From Ascidiella aspersa (lineage: Eukaryota): a DNA stretch of 64,000 bases. Location of the stretch: positions 6,386,001 through 6,450,000 of the forward strand of contig OZ004613.1 in the NCBI GenBank assembly GCA_963924565.1. Direction: 5' to 3'. The notes beneath the pieces were generated by a model. That model ran no database searches and had not been told where the DNA came from. It was given only the letters and a program-made list of their open reading frames with translations. This document shows positions 1 to 10,800 of this stretch, in pieces (the stretch's first letter is position 1; every line of letters starts with the position of its first letter). Made by a program: the position numbers and the translations under genes.

Positions 1-521
1 GTGAAAGCATTTATTCCAGCTTTAGAAGCAGCATAGGCAGCACCGTCTTGCAATCCGGTTTTGGCCATTAAACTGGAGATATTAATGATACTTGTCCCTG
101 TTGCATCCTTATTGTCACTAAGCTCTAGTCGCTGAAGAAACTCTCTCGTAAATAGGAAGACGCTTTTAAGATTCACATCTATGATATTATTGAAGGAAGA
201 CGTAGTTGCCTTTGTGATCGAAGTCAAAGCTCCTATTCCAGCGCAGTTGACGAGAACATTGCAATTCTGCCCAAACTGAGAGTGCGAACTTGAAAATGCC
301 TCGGACGGTGACTTTTCTTCCGTTACATCGCACAGAATCATCGCCACTTTGCCTTTATACTTGGCATTCAAATTTCGGTAGGCAGATTCTAGATTTTCTT
401 TGTGGCAATCCACCATCATGACTTTGGAACCTTCGGCCAGAAAGCGTTCGCAAATAGCTTGGCCGAGGCCCCCTGCGGCTCCAGTGACAATCGCCACTTT
501 ACCGTGCAACCTACTCGTCAT
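1..521 (-). CDS. Classical short-chain dehydrogenase/reductase (FabG/HSD17B8-like), 5' part; 3' end lies outside the window
   Basis: ATG at 521 opens MTSRLHGKVAIVTGAAGGLGQAICERFLAEG...CDV...VLVNCAGI...IIDVNLKSVF...SIINISS...AAYAASKAGINAF. It contains the TGxxxGxG Rossmann motif, an NxAG motif, the catalytic Ser and YxxxK. There is no intron in 173 codons. It is missing from the ORF track because no stop lies in the window. Confidence 0.93.
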   Translation of the reverse strand, partial: MTSRLHGKVAIVTGAAGGLGQAICERFLAEGSKVMMVDCHKENLESAYRNLNAKYKGKVAMILCDVTEEKSPSEAFSSSHSQFGQNCNVLVNCAGIGALTSITKATTSSFNNIIDVNLKSVFLFTREFLQRLELSDNKDATGTSIINISSLMAKTGLQDGAAYAASKAGINAF

Positions 522-2869
522 GCTTCCCTTTTGAACTATAGCCTATTCTGAAACGTTTAAAGTAAGACAGTTAAGGAGTAGTAGGCCTACGACAAGAAAC
601 TGGTCATATAACATAAAGGTAGGCCTAATATTAGAAAAAATAAAGTTAGATTTATATATTACCAGATAAATTAAAATTATTTATTATTGCTGGCTTGAAA
701 CTTTTTTGTTAGGTTGAGTTTATCAGAAATTAATTCGTTCCTTTTTTTGACATCACAAACCAGAACTTAATATAGATACACCCTCGGCACCTTTATATCT
801 TTTTAATACCTAGATGTACGCACTGACCGCCTTTTTTCGCAGCTATTTTTTATCCTTTTTTCCTTTCTTTTTACGTTTTATCGCTTTTATTTTCACTTGA
901 TTTTTATACTGATGATGGCATGAGTTATTGCTGAAACGTCTGTAAATTGCGAAATATCGTTTTTATCGAATATTATGGCTTTGATATTTTTATTGTAATC
1001 TGTTCTAATACTAAACTTCAGCATGTGAAGCAGAATGGCTGTAACCTGGCGTTTTCCTTTTACAAACTGTATATTATTATCCTTAACCACATCGTAGATG
1101 CTATCTAACAGTCGGACTTAAAGCGATAAATAGCCTTTTCTTCAATCCGGTCAACGGGTATTTCGTATGCTATACAACACCCATGTTGTTGTACTTTGTG
1201 GCGAAGCATATCAACATATTTAATATTTCAATTCACGTGCGCTAGCCTGGGGAAATGCGAGGCACGTCCGTGCAATGAACGATCGACTATGATAACCTTG
1301 CCTGTTCGAACCCAGTTAAAAGAGAAATGCAAAACACGCACTTGTCTGTTCGAGCACGTTTCTTTACGTAAGTTTGGTTTTGTGATGTATTGATCAACTG
1401 TTACGTTAAGGGTCATAGCCCTTTTAGCTGCAAATTTTAGGAGTTATCGTGTGAATTTTTTAACTAGTGATTTTATTATCACGATTGGTATATACCCTTA
1501 GTAAAGACTTTATCATTAAAGTACTTTTGCCGGTTATTGGAAAAACTCCAACATTAAACTTGAAGCCAAAACACCTCTAACGATTGGCATGCAGCCACAT
1601 TACGATAGGTGTTGTTGTAAACTAAAGACGTTGTGAAGAAAAAAGAAACCGACTGATTTTAAAGCGGCCATTTAAACTGTCCAAATTTAATCGAGTAGTA
1701 AAGGCCTAGCCCGACTGATATTGACTACAAGCGAAGGCTTTTTGAAGAGTATGCCTTGTAGTTTATATTCCGAATTTTGTTTAGAGGGAATGATAATATG
1801 GCTGAATATTAATATGTTTTTAAATATATTTTTGATGAACTTGTGTTTAATATATATTTAAAGCTAAAACAAGGACTGTGTAAAAAATCCAGCTTACTAG
1901 TGGCTCAACTGTTGCAGATATTGCTTTTTAAAAATCTCTTCGGGCCAAGTTCGCCCATGTGTGAAAATAGAACCGACTGCTTTCAAAGCGCCAAGTAACC
2001 TGGCCGAGTTTTTTTTTTATTTTTTTTATTTTACTGGTTTAGTTTAATTTAGAAACAGTATTTATGTGACGCATTGGAATGAGATGATTGGCATCTTGAC
2101 TAAAAAGCATATTTGCGGTCAGGAATATAGATAGTACCGAAAAAAGCTTATAGGCTAAATCAAATTGTATAGACGTATTTTGCCTAAATTAATGCAACTG
2201 AAGTCAAGTTAAAACTCATATCGTATTTTTGGTTAAGCTTTACGAACTGTTTTGGGCAAACGTAGATCGATACTATAAATATACAGTGCAATAAATTTGT
2301 GGCAGTTGCGTTTTGACAATCAATCAGCTAGTTTTACGCAAAACATATTTGGACAATAAATATATTGGAATATTTTGCGGAAATTTATTTAGTTTTTCAC
2401 TTTTTTATTACCGATTGCCATAAAACAGGCAATAAGAATAAATTTTAAACAAAACTCTTTTAAGGTAGAATAATATAAATAAACAACGCAATATTGGAAT
2501 TAAAAGTATAACTAAAGAATATAATAATGGATAAGATAGAATCTATCATTTAATTTACACTTGATTATCTTTAAATTTAACTTGAAATATAGCGGTTCAG
2601 AAGATGTTTTGTATTAGAAGCTATCATTATTTTGTAAAATGTTTATCAGATTAATAAAAGAAAAGTTTTACAAATTTAATCTGTCTTGATATAGTTTTTA
2701 TTTTGTCTTACTTTTATTATCACTATTATGGTAAACGGTAATAAAAAGGAAAAAAAAAATCATTTTGCGTTAAATTAACCAAATTACGGCCAACTATAAT
2801 TTTCAATTTGTCTCGCCAGATGTTGGAATGTTTTTGTTTTTAAAGTTTGTCCCCACAAAGTCTCACCTT

Positions 2870-3215
2870 ATTGCAGTCTGGCTTGTTGTTTCGTAATCGC
2901 GGCTTGCAACGCAATCGGGCTACTTTAAAATAGCCGCTTCTAATCGGCCGGCTCCATTATTTCGGCCGTATTTTGTGCCTTATATGAAGCGACAAGACTT
3001 GATGAAAAAGGAGCCGGCTGCTTTGGAATCAGCCTTTTAAACTGGCCGATTTATGTTGATCAAAACGAATTTAAGGCGCCGAAGCAAACGCAATCAGTTT
3101 GGTGCAGAATGAGCAATTACACGACAAAATCAGTTGAGATAGTTGTGTTGTGTTGTAGTTCACCTCTGTGAAAAGTTTGCTGCTGATTAATGCTGCAAGT
3201 CTTCTTTGATAAGGT
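2870..3215 (+). repeat. Dispersed ~200-350-bp intergenic repeat family (7 copies in window)
   Basis: The core ...attatttcggc...ccttatatgaagc...actggccgatttatg...gcaaacgcaatcagtttggtgcagaatgagc also occurs at ~19185, ~20845, ~41410, ~42885, ~58880 and ~60145. Confidence 0.85.
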
Positions 3216-4843
3216 AAGTTGAGAGTTGTGTTTTGTTCATCACTTCTAGCTTAGTTTCAGACTAAAGTGCAACCGAATTCTAATTTCCTTCAAATTATTT
3301 ATTTCGTTCCCCGGTGGAAATTTATTACTGAGCAAAATCTATACAATGCTTACAATTAATGATTTTTTTGTTAAGAGGAAATTTTATGTGTATCCAAGGA
3401 AACATTTAACAGTTATTGAAATGTAAAGAAGAGTAAAGGATTTGGGTTTTAATCCACATTTTGAATTAACTTTCTTCAACCTATATTGACATGATTCACA
3501 TTACAGCCAACCATTGTTTAACTTCCATTTATTCTGGCGAAAAAATCTAACAGACAAATCAAATAGAGGACGTTTACAGCACGAATAAAATTAAAATACA
3601 GCCTGTTCAATGTTTATTAATCGAAAACATTCTATTCACACTTGATTTGTTCTAAACATGAAACACGGCCAACCATTAATATCTGTCAAATTGTAATAAG
3701 TTTGATGTTGACTCAATTCATGTTTAATTGCGCTGGTTTTAAAAGGTTTGAAACGTTGAAAATTGACTTTAGATGAGTTTTTTTTTTATTTACACATTCT
3801 TACAAGGAAGTGATGTCATTTTGTAAAATGCCAGTACCGCGACTTTTATATGGTGCACACTTAACAAAATAAACGTGTCGTGCAAACCAAGTGGCTTTGA
3901 ACAAGCATCGAAACTACACGGCAAGGCAACATGTAAGATCCATAATACTATCAGTTATATAACTGGTGGTTTGCACTTAAGTCTTGTATGCTTGCCGGCA
4001 TTCAAGTTTGAAATACGAATGTGTTAGTTTCAAAATTACGAAAACTGCACGCCACCCTTCAGAATTACTCGAGGCCAACAATTTTAGAAGCACCACTTAA
4101 AGCAAGGTGATTGAAACCACGGCACGCGGACCACTTATGGCACGGCGCAACATCGTTATCTGTTAACGATTGTTTAATTGAGTGATACAAAAGCTTATTA
4201 TTGATACTTTCGTTTCACATAGCATTCTTGGTAGAGTGTTCGCGTACTAATCATATCAAGAACATATCAAAAACCAGAAAAGCTAATACAGTTCGATAAA
4301 TTAAAGGAACAAATAAGTATGAAATCTGGAGCCTGCTGTGTATGGCCGCAAAAAAACGCAAATAACTTGTGGCCACCAGATTCTGACATTCTTTTGCCAC
4401 CCTGATTAAAGGGATGGGTAGATGAAGTAAAACACAAGTAACAGTCCATTATTGCCAGGTTACTGAACAATTGTTACCTCCCAGTTATATACGAAAAAAT
4501 AAGTTATGAGCCGTCTAGATTATCTTGCTTGTGTTCGTGTATTGTTCGGTTGTTAGAAGCGCAGACGAACTGTTTAAAAATGATGGAAAATAAACCCTGA
4601 TGCTACTGCTGAAAGAAAATACGAAAAGGCAGAAGTATTTAAAGGAATCGATCGCCTTTAGTGGTGCGTTTGCATAAAACACAACTTTGTCCTTTCTCTT
4701 CTGTAGCCAACTTGAAGTTATTTTTTTTCTTTATGGTCGAAATTGCTTGGCGTTCCTTCTGTTGATATAAGCCTTGGTTTACGCTTGCAAGTCAGCACAA
4801 AACTCTTTTCTCGTTGTTAGATCCTAATTTCGACTTCTGCTCC

Positions 4844-4891
4844 TCATAGCAGAAGGCATCTCTGGCGTCTGCGCCTTCTCCGGCCTGAACG
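4844..4891 (-). CDS. NLR-A terminal exon encoding polybasic + CLLL prenylation motif
   Basis: gttttgtgttacag|CGT TCA GGC CGG AGA AGG CGC AGA CGC CAG AGA TGC CTT CTG CTA TGA. It is phase 0 like the preceding LRR exon. The paralog copy differs by a synonymous CGT>CGA. Confidence 0.8.
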   Translation of the reverse strand, partial: RSGRRRRRRQRCLLL

Positions 4892-7800
4892 CTGTAACAC
4901 AAAACAAACGCAATAAAATACTTTGTGTGAGTACATTCCAATCAACTTATTCAAGTGCTGCGGAGTCGGTTTAGAACAACCAGTGTCCACCTTGGCCTTG
5001 TTTTGCAAGCACCACCACTATGGGCGAATACACGAGTTCAGAAGCTATAAAAAAATGTAAAATGATGTTCGAGATATTGTTTCCCTGCAAATTGTTTTTG
5101 AATTTGTAGAATCTATTTGAATAAGGAAACTGAAGATGCCACTTGGCGAAATATATTTTCCTTATAAACAAACGTCTGATCCTGTTTTTACTCATGTTTT
5201 TAACTATGAGTTTTACTTGTAAATATACGCGTCAGCGGAGCAGTGATCTATGGCTAAAACCTGCCGCCGATGGTTTTGGTTTCTATAAAGATACACCCTA
5301 ATTATACATATTCTTACAATGTGAGTCTTACCTTGCGCAGAGAATCCACATCAGCTTCATCGATGCCGCATCCTTCTAACCCCAGCTCTTGTACATTGTG
5401 GGCACAAGTTCGGAGGAAAGCGAGTCCTTGCGACCCTAACTTGTTGCGGTTCAGGTTCAAATTCCTCATCTACATAAGCACAACATAATGTTAGACACAA
5501 GCACGTGGTTGGCTGCATAAAGGTTCTAGCAAATTGAACAATGCATATTCGCAACTTACACCACAAAATGTGCTATTCTTAATAGTTAAGGTAACAACTT
5601 TGGGATATATAATATCTATTGGGGCCATGGTGGACGAAATAACTTAATGGGACATTTGTTAACTATAGCAACTGAAAAATGATGGAATGCCTTGTGATTG
5701 GATATTTTGTTATTTTTCTTTAAATACACAATTTGCGTAAAGTTAACATGCGTTTAAAATAAACTAGACCCCTGGTCATTAATACCAGCTACGCGTTTTC
5801 TACACCCTCTCAATTATTTCTGCATAAGTTTTATAAAACACGTGGCCATGGCGCTCCCAAACCTTATTTTTTCCTATTGTATCTATGGAAAAGCAAAAAT
5901 ATTTCGCAATACGCGCCAATTTAACTTATGTTTCTAGTATGTCTTACCCAACTTGAAAACCGGTTTATCCATGGGAGCCGTGTGTCTTACCGCACCCTCG
6001 AAAATTAAAGTTTGGGAACCTAAACTATTTAAAAGTATTTTTTCACGCTAGTGCTTTTCCTTCTTAAAAAACTAGTCACGTTTAGACGTAACGCTATATC
6101 CGTGATTTGGCGTAACATTGTGACATTATACCTGCAATTTTTTAACCCCCCTCAAACAAAAATCTCGCATTTGCCCCTGATAGTAGTAATTATTTAATAA
6201 TGGTGAAATAAAAATTCCATTTACGGAAATATCTTTTGTACACCAGACTGGGGTTCAGCTACCAAATTTTACACGCAATGCTACTGCGTAGTTTATCCAC
6301 CTCAATGTTATATCAATATTCAACAAACCCTTCATTCCACAACATACTTACAGGTCGATCCATTCGTGATATGGCGTCAGTTAGGGGTTTTAGATTGGAA
6401 CCAGCGATCTCGCAATCCCATAATTCCAGCTGGTTGATGTTGTGTACACTTGTTGCCAGGCAACTCAAACCACGTGAATCCATCTTGTTGCCACTTAGGT
6501 TAATTTTTTCCAACTGTTACAATAAAGAAGGTTAAATGGTAAATTTGCCTACTATATAAACTCACACAACATCTACGAATATAGAACCGGTGACTCGAAC
6601 AACATTAATTTAATATTATTTAGCTGAGCAAGGATTGACCATCACCTATAATGCACATTAAAAGGAGTATTTTTGAATTATTAACTCTAGATGAAAAATT
6701 AAATTTCAGAATCCTTAACTTAACTGAAACTAAGGTTGAAGAGATAATCAATATTTCGCTTTATCCAACTTATGTTGTTAAATATATTCGGCTTAACTTT
6801 CGCATAAATAACCATCTAGATTTTCTGCTTTATTTTACAAAGCAAGACGTTTAAAATTCCAAATCCACAAACTCAAAACTTGTTGTGCACAGCGTAATTG
6901 TACAAGGAAGATGAGTTTAAACCACGCCTGAACAACTTAAAATTGTGCAAGGGCCACAACAAGCAAAAAAAACATTTCGCAGTCCGCATACTGAAGTTGC
7001 ATAATAGGTCAGGTAACAACTACTTAAAATCGCAAAGACTCGCTTTTCTCCAAACAATAGGTCAGGTATAACTCTAGGATATTTAATATCTATTGGGGCA
7101 ATGGCGGACAAAATAGTTTTATGGAATATTTTGGTTAACTATGGCATCTCAACATTATTAAATATTTTATTATTTTTAGTAAATCAACTAAAATAGGCCA
7201 GACCCCAGGTCTTTACTTTCGTGTACGCGTTTTTAGAAGAACCACAGTTTAAATATTTCTATATAAGCTTGGCAAAATCACACAAATAAAATGAGGAAAG
7301 AACCCGGGCGTTCGTATTTTAACCTAAACTCCCCTGCTTAAATTTATTGGTATTTTTTTATTGACTTGGCGACAGACGAAGCTATGCGAAATGAAGTGGC
7401 ATTAAATCAAATTGCAAAAGTATGAGTGAACGTAGGCGCTTTTCGGGTTGCAATTACTTCAACAGGAAAATGTTGGTACAAAGTAGTAATTGCAATTCAA
7501 GTGTTGGTTGGTAAATTGCTCTCATAACTAGTAAACACAAACATAAAGGATGTCTAGTTAATAACGGTCCATTGAGAAGAAGTGCTATCAGAATAAAATA
7601 CTCAGACCACGGTTATTTTAGACTCTAGCTAGAAACTATAGGGGTGGATCCATAGGAGACGTATTTTTGCCTATTGTAACAACGTGAATGCAAAACATTC
7701 CGCATTACCCGTGAATCTAAGTTATATTTCTAGTATGTCTTATAGTTCACTTGAAAACCGGGTTATCCATGGGCGCCGCGCGTCTTATCGCACCCTCGAA

Positions 7801-10800
7801 AACGGAAGTGTGGGAAACCTAAACTATTTAAAAGTATTTTTTCACGCTGCCTGCGAGTGTTTTTTGCCTTTATGATATAAAACATGGTCACGTGTTGACG
7901 TAATGCTATGTCCGTTACTTGCGACGTCACGATTTGACGTAACATTGTGACATCATGTCAATATTTTCATGCGTCCTCAAACAAAAGTCCACATTTGCCG
8001 CTGCCAGGAATTACTTAGTAATGGTGACATAAAAATTCCGTTTACGGAAAATTGTTTTGTACACCAGACAGTGATTTAGTTACCAAATCTTACACGCAAT
8101 GCTGCTGACGGTTTATCCACCTCCATATCATTTCAATATTCAGCACATCCTTCATTTCAACAACACACACTTACAGGTCGATCCAATAGTGATATGGCGT
8201 CAGTTAGAGGTTGGAGATCGGAACCAGCGATATCACAACCCTCCAATACCAGCTGGTTGAGGTTGTGTACACTTGTTGCCAGGCAACTCAAACCACGTAA
8301 ATCCATCTTGTTGCCACTAATGTTCAGTTGCTCCAGCTTTTGCAAAAAACGGTTAAACGGTTAAATAAACGGTTAAAGATTTGCCTAGGCTACTCTATAA
8401 ACTCGCACAACATCTACGAACATAGAACCGTACTAATTTAATAATATTTGACTGTGCAAGGATTGACCATCGCCTATAATGCACATTATAAGGAGTATTT
8501 TTGAATTATTAACTGTAGATAAAAAAATAAATTTCAGAATCCTTAAGTTAACTGAATTAAGGTTGAAGCAGTAAATTATTTTCAAATTATAAGAGCCAAT
8601 CAATATTTCGCTTTAATCAACTTATGTTGTTAAATATTCGGCCTAAATTTCGCATATATACCCATCTAGCTTTTCTGTTTTTTTAACCAAGCAACACGTT
8701 TAAAATTCCAAATCCACCAATTCAAAACTCGATGTGCTCAGAGTAATTGTACAAGGAAGATGAGTTTAAACCACGCCTGCACAACTTAAAATGGTACATT
8801 TGCAGGTCGATTCATTTGTGAAATGGCGTCAGTTAGAGGTTTTAGATCGGAACCAGCGATTTCGCAATACGTTAATTACAGATGGTTGATGTCGTGTACA
8901 CTTGTTGCCAGACAACTCAAACCACGTGAATCCAGCATGTTATTATAAAGTTGCAATAATTTAATCTATAGTGACAAGAAGTTTTTATTGTTCCGTATCC
9001 CGCCGATATGAGCGTTCATAACATCCAAGGTGCTGTCTGCTAATCCTGGACCATAAGTGCCTGCAAAGGGGAGCATTTCCCGCCCAAACATCTGGAATAC
9101 TATGGGATAAACAAGAAACTGCTGTGTCTTTAACGCAAAATTATTTTTTCCGTGTAGAATGCGTGGCTACCCCCCCTCCACAAACTGTAAGTAATTGCCT
9201 TATTTTCTCAATACTGCATATTATTTTCTTTTATAACAGGTAGGCTACTGAAATTAGTCAGCATTCATTGTTTCACATAAGTCAAGTTATATGCCTAAAA
9301 TCAAGTCACTACCCAATATTATTAATAATAATGCGTCTATCGTATGGTCTGTGGGAATTAACAACGGTGTCAAAATCCAATACATTCTTATTTGTCTTCT
9401 AACACACGATTGAACAGAACACCAAGAAATTGGTGGAAATAAGCCCCATTGTGACTAACTGAGCGAGCAAAATAGTTTAAATATTTCTTCCAAGTAAATG
9501 TCCCATGTGCTTGCCCCAGGTGGCCAACCCCTCTTTGGCTAACATTTTCGAGTGTTTGTTTGCAGACGGTTTTAAACATCTATCAATATGCACAAGTATT
9601 TTAGAACAGTTAGAATTTTAAACCAAACAAAACAAGAGAGGGTAATTTTGTGAAAACAAGTGCCGACTTTATGCTTCAAAGACGTTGTTTAAGTGAAACA
9701 CCACCGTCCAGCCATGCAACTTTTTATGAAAGTATGTAATTTGGGAGTTGTATGGAAGCGTGTATTATATTCTCACTGATGTATTTAGGATAAACCTACA
9801 TGTCTTGGTATGTTTAATAAAAATGGTCCGTAAAAAAAATTTTTTGCCCCCATCCCCCTAATATATGCAGACTCTCATGCATGTGCGGTTAATGCTAACG
9901 TATTTACTTATCACAACTAGCATAAACATACAGGATGGTTTCTGCATGAGATGGCGTCAGTTAGAGGTTGCAGATTTAACCCAGAAGTGTCGCAATCTGG
10001 CAACTTCAGCTTGTTGATGTTGCTTGCACTTGTTGCCAGGCAACGCAACTCACGTGACCCCAAATTGTCCACGAATAATTCTTCCATCTACACAAAACAT
10101 AGTTTGGTTTGTTAACGGAAGTTTACTGATACTTACTGATAAAACTTATTTAAACAGCTAAATACCGACTGAGGTAAAATTGATTGTAAACCGGAAAACG
10201 TGGTAAAAGTTAAATTTAGATTCTACACGATAAATATTTGCGCGACCACGCTCAATTGCTGTAAAGAGACAAATACATCAAACGTACACCACACGTGATT
10301 CATTATTGATATACCGGGTGACTAAATTTACCGAAACATTTCATAATTCAGTTAAGCAATTTTACAAAATTTGATTTTTCAGATGTTTGAACCGCGTTTG
10401 AATATAGTATTATGTAACGGAATGTGAAATCTGCATAAAACGTAGCCTAACAAGTGCATTTCCAAAAATGTCGTTTTTATTCAGTTGAATTTACAAGTAA
10501 TTGTGCATGCATCTTTCATGGCTTCGTAAACTTTCTGGACTCAAATCAGTCATATTTGCTGAAAGATGGAGAAACCAAATAATTTTTTTAATGAAACTAA
10601 CTTGAAAGTCAATAGACTTAACAATTAGGCGAATTATAATGGCGACAATGACAAAACCATGTAAATGTCAATTGTTACACGTAAGAACTTACAGGTATTT
10701 CTCTACGTGCGATTGCTTCAGTTAGAACCTCGAAATCTGGCAAATCGCTCGTCTTATAACGTTTTATTTCAACCGGTAACTAATTTAGTCGTTCTAAAAG

